Shown here piece after piece: positions 16,697-26,324 of a stretch of 37,046 nt of DNA; the first letter of the stretch is position 1, and each line of letters opens with the position of its first letter. The position numbers and the translations under genes are program-made. Origin of the DNA: Bacteroidota bacterium (GTDB taxonomy: Bacteria > Bacteroidota > Ignavibacteria > SZUA-365). The stretch covers positions 1 to 37,046 of the forward strand of contig JAGTUW010000302.1 in NCBI GenBank assembly GCA_018224345.1, given 5' to 3'. The notes beneath the pieces are model-generated. The model made no database searches. It was given only the letters and a program-made list of their open reading frames with translations, and was not told where the DNA came from.

Positions 16697-19600
16697 TTAC
16701 TTCAGCAGCGTCATCTTGCGAGTCTGCGTGAAGTCGCCTGCAACCATCTTCAGAATGTAGTTACCCGAAGGCACCTGCACATCGAGATCGTTGGTAGCAT
16801 TCCAGACAACGTCGTACGAGCCGGCATCGAGCTTATCGTTGACGAGAGTCTTGATCTTGTTGCCGAGGAAGTCATAGACAACCAGGGAAACCGTAGCAGA
16901 CTTCGGCAGCGCGTAGCTGATCGTGGTCGACGGGTTGAACGGATTAGGATAGTTCTGGTTCAATGCGAACTCTGCCGGGGCAGGTCCGTCAATGATACCG
17001 AGGATACCTTCCTTGGTAAGCTTCAGGCGATATCCCGGACGATTCTGGGGATCGTTGTTCGGCGGAGTTGATTCGGTCACATAGAGACCGTCCGTCGCTT
17101 CAACGTACCACACAATGTCCTGAGACTTCGTTGTCGGAATTCCTGAGATCTGGTCAATGATTCCGGAAAGCTGTCCGTGATTACTCGTGAATGTTGCTTC
17201 ACGACCGTTGTCATCGCTATCGAAGACTACGGCACGCGTCAGGCTCACTTCGTCGAGGAAGCGAATCGTGTAGCGTACGTCATCGGAGAAACGTTTCGTC
17301 GGATTATCAAAGCGTGAGATCTGGATATCGGTGTACGGATCCTGCGGACTTGCCTTGACCCAGGTAAACTGCTCCTGATCGAGCGAGCTCATAAGTTTGA
17401 TCTCGGTTTGATCAGCAGGAGTCTGCAGCGCGAACGGATTCGGTGCATGGTCGAGGATTTCGTAAGGACTCGTACGTCCTTGAATCGTGTTGTCAATCGA
17501 GGCGTATGCCTGGACCCACTGCCGTTCCTCATTTTTTGCAACGATGCGACTGAGGCGGGAGGCCAGGAAGTAGTTGGTCGTTCCTTGAATGAACACCTCT
17601 CCAGAGAAGATATCGGAGAGACCGGTCTGATTCTGATCGTATTCACCGGGGAAGCGAGCCGTGAAGCGTGTGCGGATCGTCACGTCGGAAACGACGTTCA
17701 GATAACGGTCACGCGGCGACACCACGATTTCGTAACGACGGAGGAGATAAACTTCGTCGGGATTACCGGTTGCACTGGTAAGATCGACGAGGTAGTTGGT
17801 GATTTCATCAGTACCGAAGTTCATCGACGCGGAGGTCTGCTGGAGATTCGCCACAGTCGGTGTCACTACGATGGTCACACCATTTTCAGCCTTGGTATGG
17901 ACGAGGCACACAATTGCGATACCGTCCTTGAAGGCAGAAGCAGGGATGGACCATTCGTCCGGTCCGATAGAAGTAAGAACGGTGCCATCCTGCGTGATGA
18001 GGGCCCAGGTGTAACCGTCCGGATCCGCGTTCCAGCTGGCCTGACTCGTATCCGTATTCGCGGTCGAACCATTGAGCGTCAACGTGGTGGCCGGGCTGTT
18101 CTTGTCGGGGCTGTCCCAGTCACGAATGATGTTACCGTTTTCATCGCGAGCAGTCAGAGTGAAGCAAACCTCTTCGCCAACGAGGGCGTCGATGTCCGGA
18201 TCACCAGCCATCGGGGAAATCTCAACGCCGCCACCCTTGAGCTTGGTAAGCGCAAGACGGAACGGACCGCTGACAATCCAATGCGGCTGACAGCTCGTCG
18301 GGCTCCAACGACTTGTATCTCCATTGAGAGCATCCGCAGGATCGGCGTAGACACCCGGAATGAACGGGAATTCTACTTCTTCCATCGGAAGATCATCATT
18401 GAAGTTAAAGTCCTTGGTATAGACGTACCATTCAATTTTCACCGAATCCGCACTCGTGCTCGCAGGATCGGAGGAGAAACCACCGAAGAGAAGATCGAGA
18501 TCGGAAGTCGGCACCTGAATACCTGTGGACGGACCGGCATCGACAACGATAACGGAACCAACGGCGGCGCCCTTGTCAGCCGGGAAGGTCGAAACGACTA
18601 CACCGACCCACATGTAGCTGAGGGTATCGATGGAGCGATTCGGATCCAGTTCCCAGGTGCGGGTTGCAGGATTGTAGATCATGAATGGACCGGGGGCAAC
18701 ACCACCGGCAAGAAGTTCACCCTTGCGGTTGTTGATGTCCTCCGCAGCGCTCCACAGCACGTCGAGAGGAGTGGTACCATCAACGAATTCCGTTCCACCA
18801 TCCGGCGGCTGCACGGCCGTCGGCGGGGTGTCCGGAAGACGATTCATGGAGATTACCAGCGGCTCTGTCGGCAGCGGGTTGTTGCGTACGGTCACACCGG
18901 CCGTATCGGAGTAGGACGAAAGACCGTCAATCTTGCTGAACGCTTTGACGAACCACTTCACAACCATTACCAACGAATCGGCATTGGGCTGCGGTAGCAT
19001 GTTCGGGCGGAACAACAATTCGCGGACCTGGTCACCGCTCAGGGTGAGAGACGGGGACTTTCCATCATTGTCCGCAAGTATACTCACGGTCAGAGGATGC
19101 TTCGTTCCATCGGCACCGACACTGTCGATGATTGCAAACCACTCATAACGAATGGTGTCGTTCGGGTTGTTGTAGGTCGGGTCGGAATACTGTGCAGGCT
19201 GCCATTGCAGACGCAGGAAGTCTTCCGTGATTCCATCATACGGCACACCAGCGGTATCGACACAGTTACCGGTATGATCCATGCGGAACAATGAAGTGTT
19301 CTGCCGGACCGGCGTGCTGAGCGTGAACGCGTTGGGAGCGATAGGCATCTTGACGGCAAGCGGACGAATAGCGATTGCATTCGCCGGGAGAATACCGTCG
19401 CGCAGGGCGTCACCTGCACGCTCACCAACAGCGTCACCGAGGCGTCTGTCATCGGGCTTGATACCGAGGTAGTCGTTACGGTTACCTGCTCCGACGAGCG
19501 ACAGGTTGTAGAGAATCAGCGAATCCTGACGGAGCTGATTGTTCTGCGGGAAGCCAACAGGACGTGCCTGGAAGTAGCGTCCGCCACCTGCGATTTCGAG

Positions 19601-22600
19601 GTTGCCGGAAGCACCCATGGCATTGACATTGGTGAATTCCCATGTCGTGTGACGCGTGCCCAGGTTGACATACATCGAATCACGCGAGTTTTGGTTTCCA
19701 TACCTGTCATACGGAGTGACGGCATAGGTGTACCACTGATCGCGGAAGATGGTGTCGGGACGCGCGTACGGCGTGCCTGCATTGTTCGGAATATTATCCG
19801 CAGTCGCGCCATGTTGGATCTGGCCGTAGACACGTGAGAATATTTCGAAACGGTTCGGGGGCGTTCCAAACGGATCGGGGTAGTACATCGGGCTGACGCG
19901 AGGCAGCGTATCGATGTCGGCCTGCACCGGAAGGATACCCAGCGGCAGCGACGAGCGGTCAAATACGTTGGCCGTGATGTCGTAGCTGCTCGGGAAGATG
20001 GATGTAAAGGCGATACGGTACGGCACCACCACGAACGTGTGACGCACGCGGTTGAAGCGGGCTGGACCGAAGAACTGACGGTTCGCCGCAGCGAGGAGAC
20101 CGTGCGTTGCGCGGTTGACACGCTGTATCGGGAGCTCCGTGATGCGGGTGTTCGTCATGTTCGGACCCTGGATGTCCGCCACATTGATGTCGAAATACGT
20201 ATCGTCAAGATGGAACAACGTATTGGGAAACGGGCTGTAGAGATCGAGGCGGTTGGCGCGGCGCACGATCGTCGCTTTTGCCTGATCATAACTTACCGTG
20301 TCATCCACAACGTTGCCTGTCATGTCAAGCAGATCCGGTGCGACAACGCGCATGTCGATTACCTGCTCGGTGGTCGAGTCGATTACACGAATGAACGCAC
20401 CAGGTGCGAAGGTAAGGTTGGCCTGTCCACCGGGACCTACCTCGCGGTTGAATACGTTACCGAGCAACGCAACACGACGGTTCATATCACCGAATGCCGC
20501 ACCTGTCGCATCACGGCCACCGGCGATAAGGTTGGCGCCGACGGGGATCTGCGGATTGGTACGGAATGATGTGACCGGCGGAAGTCCGCGATGCGGAAGA
20601 CCGGCACGGAAGAAGTCACTCGACTGCCAGCGATAGACACCCAGACGGGTGATACGATCGCCTTCGCCCGTCAACGAATAGAAGCCGGGGTTGCCATGGT
20701 CACTACGTGTTCCCATGAATTCGGCACGCGTCGCGGCCGCCTTCAAAGCGGAGGCAGTACCATTATAGGTGTAGATCGTATCTGCGTACAGACGACCGTA
20801 TTCGCGGGTCTGGCCTGCAATGCTATACGGATTTCCACCTGTCGGGGGATCGTTCTCCCAGATCGGGGTGATACGGAAGAGAACGGGACGGCGATCATTC
20901 TTCGCAGGTTGCTGCTGATCCCAGTTCTGACCAACACCACTGGTACCGATGCCATCACCACCACCGGCGATTGTTACGTCGAAGATGGTTCCATCACGAC
21001 GGGCACCCGACGGGACGGTGTAGATACCGGCATCATTGTTGAGATCGTTATAACGATCATTCGGGCTTGTCCGCGAATCAAGATTGTTATACGCATCGAG
21101 CTTCACGTACTGCGGAAGGTTCGAATGCGGATCACGATCAAAGTCATCGTTGACACTGCCGTCGGGCAGGAACAGCGCGTCGCCGTCCTTATCGAGAGGC
21201 ACGTTGTCTTCGTTGACCACTTCGTACTTGCCGACAGGCTTCGGACTGACGTTGCGCTTGTAGACCTGCGACAACAGGATGTTATCGATACCCTGGTCGG
21301 TGAGTCCGTGCAAGTCAGGATCCGCGCCCGGAGGCAGACTGATGTTGAAGATCAGCGGAATCGCTACTGCGCGCCGCTCGGGCGGACCATCGAGTTGGAG
21401 CTGGCCGACAGGTCCACGACCCGGTCCCAACGCCTGGTATTCCTGGCCGGAACGGAGGACGTCAAAACGAGTCGGAGTCTTCACGAGTGAAATAACCTTT
21501 ACGGTGTCACGGTGAATGTTTGTCGGACCCTGTCCCGGAAGAACCGCTGTGGCAGTGGCTTCGATCAGGACTTCAGCGTTTGAAAGCTTCGGAGTCGGAT
21601 ACTCGAGTGCGACAAAGAATGCGGTCTGGTTGATATGCACACCGGCGACCAGGTTACCGACCTTGGTGTGACGATACCGTGCCTTACGCATCGGACCGTA
21701 CTCATCACGTGTCATGAGACCGGAAGGAAGGGTCGAGCCGTTTGCCAATGAGCGGAAACGGACACGCGCCGTGTCTTCAGCCTCGGAGAAGTTGTCGACA
21801 AGGTTACCGAAACGATCGTATTCGCGCGCAAGCAGCGTCACGATACGGCCGGCAGTCACCGAGTTGACATCACTGACATCGTTGTTCGACAGATTCAGCG
21901 AATCAATGATGTAGGGACGAATGTTTGTATTGGCAACCGTATTGTAATGCGTTGCGCGGTCTTCCTGCGCCAGCGGATTCGCCGAATACGCATGGAAGGC
22001 AGGAGCATAGTTCCTGATCTGACCGACGCTCGCACCGGCGTCGATGTAAATCGACGGATGCTCGAGAACCTGCATTTTGATCAGATCCACAGGCAGGGGA
22101 ATCGGAGATGTAGCAGCGGCTGCGTAGGGGAAAATCTCCACGCGAACCGAGGTATCCGATTTCTGGAAGATCGGGATAAGAACACGGGGTGCGAAGCCAC
22201 GCTGGCTCTCGCCGACCGACGTACCTTCACCGAGATTGCGTCCCTTGTCGGTAAGATCGAAGGCAAGTGTATCGGGCGTCATGGCGATACGGACTGTCTG
22301 CCAGCCAACACGACCGGAGACGAAGTACACCGATACCCAACCCGCCTGTGCGGTATCACCGATTGTGGTACGCTTCAGGGTGTCATCTGAAACGAAAGCC
22401 TGTCCTAAGTCGCCAAAGCCACCACGCTGGGTTACACCCTGGAGCTGAGTTTTGGGAGGTGTGACAGGCACGGTTTCGCTCTCGATATGGAATTTGACGA
22501 GACGACCACCAACCGGGTTCTGGAAGCGGTCAAGAAGACGCGCTACGACACGAACCTGTTTGTTGTGCTCGGAAACGACAACTGTATCCATCGGAATCGG

Positions 22601-25600
22601 GGCAGTAGCATCGTAGTCGAGGCTGATCGCACTTGCCTGGAAGCTACCGATACCCTGATCGGAATATCCCATCGGCTCGAATACCGTCGGGAAATCAGGA
22701 GCGGTCGTCGGAGCGGCGCCGGCACCTGTACCCATGGTCGAGCGGAAGAAATAACCCTTGTAGAATTCCTGGGACTCGGCATTGTTTTGCGGAGTACCTG
22801 TCGGGAACAGAGCGGCGGTGCGGTCAACGACCGAACCCGGTCCCCATGAACCAAGTGGCACCTGCGCACCGGCAGGCTTTCCACCGGACTTGAAGACTTC
22901 CACTGTGCGGGCTACGTCAGGGATAATACTGACTTCACCAATGGCGGACTGAATCGAGAAATCACCGACGCCGGGAATCGTGGAAACCTGGAGATGTGCG
23001 CGTACACGCACAATATCGGTACCGGCAAGACTCAGCTTGGTGACATTCTGCGGGGCAAGCATGAACCAACGCACCGCATTGTACTCGATATAGGTCGGGA
23101 CATCACCGAGGATACCGGGCAATGTGCTGCCGACCGGAACATTGACGAGTTCCGCTTCGAGCAACCGACTGTTGGGATCCTGCGGATCTTCACGAACCGG
23201 ATCGGGATTATTGATGCCACCTGCACCACCCAATGCCACGTTCGCGGACACCGAAGCGTAGAAACGCTTGGAGCCGGAAGGTGTCGGCAAATAGAGGTGG
23301 TTGTCAGGCAATTCAATAAACACCCTGTTCGTGTTCGGGTAGAAGTACGGGGCGATATCCATCGGATTACCGAAGAGATCGGTGAGGCGCACGTACAACT
23401 TCTCATAGACCGGAGTGCGATAGTTGCCGGGAGTACCGACGACCAGCGCCTCGTCGCGGCCAATGACCAGTTCAATGCGCGGCTGGCGTCCCTGGAAGAA
23501 GGTCCAGTTCGAACCATCCCATACCACATCCGTTGAATCCATGGCAGTGGTCTGTCCCACGGTTCTTCCGAAGCCGGCATTGTAACCTGTGCCAGGACCG
23601 AACCAGATACCGAAGGTATTGTTCGGTGAACCGTCGGGGATGAAGTTCGAATGTGAGAAGCCCGCACCCGGATTCAGGTCAAGCTTGTTGGGATCGCTCA
23701 CATCGTTTCCGCGATCGTTGAACGCATAGGACGAACGCACACGAACGCGATACGGACCGACGTTGTTGCTACCGGAGGCAGCGCGGAATACGCGGTTGTT
23801 GCGACCTATGTTGGACGTCCCGACAAACACGCGACCGGAGTCGATGTTCCCGCCGGTAACGACGATCGGGGAGATCGGGTTGATCAGCGAGTCGAACACA
23901 CCATTGAGACGGTAGGGGAGGCCATTGGCCAGTCTACCGAAGGGCGAGAGTTCGAACTTGAAGCGCTCGTTGTCATCAACCGTATTGCCGAAACCATCTG
24001 CGACGACAATGTCCATGCGCAGGAAGTTGTTATCGGCGGTACCCTTCCACTGATCGGTCGGCATGATGTCGATGGCGCGCGGAATATTCGGGCGCACGAC
24101 AATCTTGCTACCGGTATGCGGCAGGGAGTTGATACCGTTCGGGTCGACCGGGAAGCGGTAACCGTCAGGATTAACGTCATCGGCGTCGAAAGTCCATTCC
24201 GCCTGCGGCGGCGTCGGACTGTTCGTACGACCCCGGTTCCAGCCGGCCGGAGGATTGCCCACATTCGGGAAGTAGGCCTGCTCATCGAGATAGGCTTCTT
24301 CCCTGCGCAGGCTGTTTACGTCGAGACCGATATACCCTGTGCGCGGGAAACCACCGGAAGTATCACCCACAGCAGTGATAGTGCGGCTGATATTCGCGGG
24401 ATCGTTGTACTGAATGTCCGCAAACGCATAAATGCGCACGGAATCCTCGACAGCACCCGGGTTCGCGCCGACATCGGCATGGGTGTAGGCGAGACGACGA
24501 TACACGATCTGACCGAACTGACGCAACGTATCATCAGCGGCGCTGACGCCCTTGAGATAGAGGGTGCGATCTTCCGGCACGATATTCTGAATCGTGTAGG
24601 CGAGGGCCTTCAATTGAGGCTTGGTCTTGCGGTCCCACGTACGGTTCGCGTACGCATCGAGGAAGCGCAGCGTATCGACGGCGGACGAGACAAGACCCGG
24701 CTGATAAGGATCGGCCGACACGTTGCTCTCCAGCGCGCGATACGGCGGGATGAGACCGTTGACGGGATTCGGGTTGACACCGACATACCAGCCGGCTTCG
24801 GTGAAGCCTGCAGGCGCGAGTGCCTGGTAGAGATTGGTCAGACGAAGCGGATTGCGCTCGGGCGGCAAACCGTCAATCATCATACCTACATCGGGGTTCA
24901 GCACGGTAGTCGAACCGAGGGTACGAGTGGCGCCCGGACGGAACGACTGATGCGACACATTCGTCGGATCGTAGGGCAAACCATCGTCACCAAGGAAGTA
25001 ACGACCACGTGAGTAATCACCAAAGGAACCAATGTATTCACCAGCATCGATTGCCTGCGCGGAGTCATTGGCCCACACGAGAATGCGGGTGGTGCCCGGA
25101 AGCAGTCGAACAATTGCGAGGTCAGTACCACCAGAGAACTGTCCACTCGGAATGACAGTGCCGTAGGCAAGCGGGTTACCGCTGCTGCCGTCAAGCAGAT
25201 ACGCGCGAAGCGTGTCCTTGGTCGTGTCCGGGGGAGCGGCCAGACCAGTCAGGTTATTGATGTTGGGCTTGAAGAAGATATTCTTCATTTGAATGACGTC
25301 CGCACCGGCCGTCGGGTTTTCCACCCGGAACGACAGGATCTGGCGGAGCGCACTCGGATCGCTGTTGAAAGGACTTGACGATGCAATATCTCCAACTTGG
25401 CGGTATACCGGTCGAATACCCAGATCACGGATCGTGGGACCGGAAACCGCTCCATCGGTCTGCGGAGGCGCAAGGGTGTTTGTGATAACACCATTGTATG
25501 CCTCACGAGCCAGCGTCATCTGAGGTATCGGATTCGGATTCTGGCTCGGCGACGCGATGCGCACGCGAATATAGTCGAACATGCTCTGAGAGATCATGTT

Positions 25601-25852
25601 GTTGACTATCTTGAAGCGATTCTGGACAAACATCACAGCGACCGAATCGTTGTGATTGAAATTGCCCACACCGCCACCGCTATCGGCAAACGTCAACGTA
25701 TCCGCAACAAATGTCACGGAATCTGCTGTCTGCTCGATGGTGCGCACGATGTTGAAGAAGTCGCCCGTCACTGTACGAATCTGCGCGTTCGCACTGGTTC
25801 CGAAGAGCAGCACGAGAGCACAGACAGACAGAAAAGTTAGGGTTTTCTTCAT
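16697..25852 (-). CDS. giant (3051 aa) secreted cell-surface protein with dispersed Ig-like modules and a C-terminal type-A T9SS sorting domain; function unknown
   Basis: The uninterrupted 9.15-kb ORF has an ATG preceded by TAGGAGA, and a signal peptide MKKTLTFLSVCALVLLFGTSANAQ. The last 90 aa (nt 16700-16969) read FALNQNYPNPFNPSTTISYALPKSATVSLVVYDFLGNKIKTLVNDKLDAGSYDVVWNA...GNYILKMVAGDFTQTRKMTLLK, a textbook T9SS CTD. Recurrent D-[RGLE]-[FYN]-G-N motifs (DGFGNTVDD, DLFGNPMD, DRFQNPVGG, DRFGNLVDN, DRYGNQNS, DENGNIIRD) are typical of bacterial Ig-like (Big_1/invasin-type) folds. Confidence 0.9.
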   Translation of the reverse strand: MKKTLTFLSVCALVLLFGTSANAQIRTVTGDFFNIVRTIEQTADSVTFVADTLTFADSGGGVGNFNHNDSVAVMFVQNRFKIVNNMISQSMFDYIRVRIASPSQNPNPIPQMTLAREAYNGVITNTLAPPQTDGAVSGPTIRDLGIRPVYRQVGDIASSSPFNSDPSALRQILSFRVENPTAGADVIQMKNIFFKPNINNLTGLAAPPDTTKDTLRAYLLDGSSGNPLAYGTVIPSGQFSGGTDLAIVRLLPGTTRILVWANDSAQAIDAGEYIGSFGDYSRGRYFLGDDGLPYDPTNVSHQSFRPGATRTLGSTTVLNPDVGMMIDGLPPERNPLRLTNLYQALAPAGFTEAGWYVGVNPNPVNGLIPPYRALESNVSADPYQPGLVSSAVDTLRFLDAYANRTWDRKTKPQLKALAYTIQNIVPEDRTLYLKGVSAADDTLRQFGQIVYRRLAYTHADVGANPGAVEDSVRIYAFADIQYNDPANISRTITAVGDTSGGFPRTGYIGLDVNSLRREEAYLDEQAYFPNVGNPPAGWNRGRTNSPTPPQAEWTFDADDVNPDGYRFPVDPNGINSLPHTGSKIVVRPNIPRAIDIMPTDQWKGTADNNFLRMDIVVADGFGNTVDDNERFKFELSPFGRLANGLPYRLNGVFDSLINPISPIVVTGGNIDSGRVFVGTSNIGRNNRVFRAASGSNNVGPYRVRVRSSYAFNDRGNDVSDPNKLDLNPGAGFSHSNFIPDGSPNNTFGIWFGPGTGYNAGFGRTVGQTTAMDSTDVVWDGSNWTFFQGRQPRIELVIGRDEALVVGTPGNYRTPVYEKLYVRLTDLFGNPMDIAPYFYPNTNRVFIELPDNHLYLPTPSGSKRFYASVSANVALGGAGGINNPDPVREDPQDPNSRLLEAELVNVPVGSTLPGILGDVPTYIEYNAVRWFMLAPQNVTKLSLAGTDIVRVRAHLQVSTIPGVGDFSIQSAIGEVSIIPDVARTVEVFKSGGKPAGAQVPLGSWGPGSVVDRTAALFPTGTPQNNAESQEFYKGYFFRSTMGTGAGAAPTTAPDFPTVFEPMGYSDQGIGSFQASAISLDYDATAPIPMDTVVVSEHNKQVRVVARLLDRFQNPVGGRLVKFHIESETVPVTPPKTQLQGVTQRGGFGDLGQAFVSDDTLKRTTIGDTAQAGWVSVYFVSGRVGWQTVRIAMTPDTLAFDLTDKGRNLGEGTSVGESQRGFAPRVLIPIFQKSDTSVRVEIFPYAAAATSPIPLPVDLIKMQVLEHPSIYIDAGASVGQIRNYAPAFHAYSANPLAQEDRATHYNTVANTNIRPYIIDSLNLSNNDVSDVNSVTAGRIVTLLAREYDRFGNLVDNFSEAEDTARVRFRSLANGSTLPSGLMTRDEYGPMRKARYRHTKVGNLVAGVHINQTAFFVALEYPTPKLSNAEVLIEATATAVLPGQGPTNIHRDTVKVISLVKTPTRFDVLRSGQEYQALGPGRGPVGQLQLDGPPERRAVAIPLIFNISLPPGADPDLHGLTDQGIDNILLSQVYKRNVSPKPVGKYEVVNEDNVPLDKDGDALFLPDGSVNDDFDRDPHSNLPQYVKLDAYNNLDSRTSPNDRYNDLNNDAGIYTVPSGARRDGTIFDVTIAGGGDGIGTSGVGQNWDQQQPAKNDRRPVLFRITPIWENDPPTGGNPYSIAGQTREYGRLYADTIYTYNGTASALKAAATRAEFMGTRSDHGNPGFYSLTGEGDRITRLGVYRWQSSDFFRAGLPHRGLPPVTSFRTNPQIPVGANLIAGGRDATGAAFGDMNRRVALLGNVFNREVGPGGQANLTFAPGAFIRVIDSTTEQVIDMRVVAPDLLDMTGNVVDDTVSYDQAKATIVRRANRLDLYSPFPNTLFHLDDTYFDINVADIQGPNMTNTRITELPIQRVNRATHGLLAAANRQFFGPARFNRVRHTFVVVPYRIAFTSIFPSSYDITANVFDRSSLPLGILPVQADIDTLPRVSPMYYPDPFGTPPNRFEIFSRVYGQIQHGATADNIPNNAGTPYARPDTIFRDQWYTYAVTPYDRYGNQNSRDSMYVNLGTRHTTWEFTNVNAMGASGNLEIAGGGRYFQARPVGFPQNNQLRQDSLILYNLSLVGAGNRNDYLGIKPDDRRLGDAVGERAGDALRDGILPANAIAIRPLAVKMPIAPNAFTLSTPVRQNTSLFRMDHTGNCVDTAGVPYDGITEDFLRLQWQPAQYSDPTYNNPNDTIRYEWFAIIDSVGADGTKHPLTVSILADNDGKSPSLTLSGDQVRELLFRPNMLPQPNADSLVMVVKWFVKAFSKIDGLSSYSDTAGVTVRNNPLPTEPLVISMNRLPDTPPTAVQPPDGGTEFVDGTTPLDVLWSAAEDINNRKGELLAGGVAPGPFMIYNPATRTWELDPNRSIDTLSYMWVGVVVSTFPADKGAAVGSVIVVDAGPSTGIQVPTSDLDLLFGGFSSDPASTSADSVKIEWYVYTKDFNFNDDLPMEEVEFPFIPGVYADPADALNGDTSRWSPTSCQPHWIVSGPFRLALTKLKGGGVEISPMAGDPDIDALVGEEVCFTLTARDENGNIIRDWDSPDKNSPATTLTLNGSTANTDTSQASWNADPDGYTWALITQDGTVLTSIGPDEWSIPASAFKDGIAIVCLVHTKAENGVTIVVTPTVANLQQTSASMNFGTDEITNYLVDLTSATGNPDEVYLLRRYEIVVSPRDRYLNVVSDVTIRTRFTARFPGEYDQNQTGLSDIFSGEVFIQGTTNYFLASRLSRIVAKNEERQWVQAYASIDNTIQGRTSPYEILDHAPNPFALQTPADQTEIKLMSSLDQEQFTWVKASPQDPYTDIQISRFDNPTKRFSDDVRYTIRFLDEVSLTRAVVFDSDDNGREATFTSNHGQLSGIIDQISGIPTTKSQDIVWYVEATDGLYVTESTPPNNDPQNRPGYRLKLTKEGILGIIDGPAPAEFALNQNYPNPFNPSTTISYALPKSATVSLVVYDFLGNKIKTLVNDKLDAGSYDVVWNATNDLDVQVPSGNYILKMVAGDFTQTRKMTLLK

Positions 25853-26152
25853 TCGAAAATTCTCCTAAGTGAATTGAAAATGGGGTCAGGATTGATGGGT
25901 TGAAGCGTAAACCTGGTGGTTTGGTCTGGTGATGATTTGATTCCTTCTTTCCTTGAACCTCCGATATGTATTGAAAAAAATGATAGTGCCTGTTTCGAGG
26001 ACATCGGCGCGTTCGTGCAAAAATACGAAGTCGGTAATATACTCTTATTGCACTCGCCGATCAACACTTGAAACCTCGATTTTTGTTTTTCTCTTCCGCC
26101 ACAACATCAGTTTCCGGATGCTTCGTGGCTTTTCTACTGTCCGCATTTATAC

Positions 26153-26168
26153 AGCAAATTCCCTGCCA
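26153..26168 (-). promoter_or_regulatory. candidate sigma-54 (-24/-12) promoter upstream of the giant gene
   Basis: The minus strand reads TGGCAGGGAATTTGCT against the consensus TGGCACG-N4-TTGCW. The GG and GC dinucleotides are at the exact canonical spacing, with one mismatch in the conserved positions. It lies in the 472-bp intergenic spacer, in the correct orientation, about 300 nt upstream of the ATG at 25852. It is the only correctly spaced match I found in the intergenic regions I scanned by eye. Confidence 0.4.
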
Positions 26169-26324
26169 AAATATAAGCCCTTGTTATACAAAGACTTAAG
26201 TCCGGGCAGCCAAGCTTCGTCAAATATATGACGCCCGTGTTTCACCTGAATGACGGTTCAATGACGTTGCGACTCTCTGCATTCCTCTTTGACTCAAGCA
26301 ACAGAATTTCTGCCTTCGGCGGGT

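Noticed and set aside
17408-18997. A 529-aa plus-strand ORF, together with other long plus-strand ORFs at 20591-21490, 24116-25012, 20039-20569 and 22994-23536, all inside the giant gene.
   Set aside because: All are antisense shadows of the 9.15-kb minus-strand ORF. They are Arg/Gly/Val-rich with low-complexity composition, have no RBS and no recognisable motif. The minus-strand frame has a signal peptide, an RBS, Ig-like motifs and a T9SS CTD.
26140-26175. A sigma-70 reading of the same DNA as the sigma-54 motif (TTGGCA as -35 and TATAAA as -10).
   Set aside because: The spacer between the two hexamers is only 12 nt, against the required 16-18 nt.
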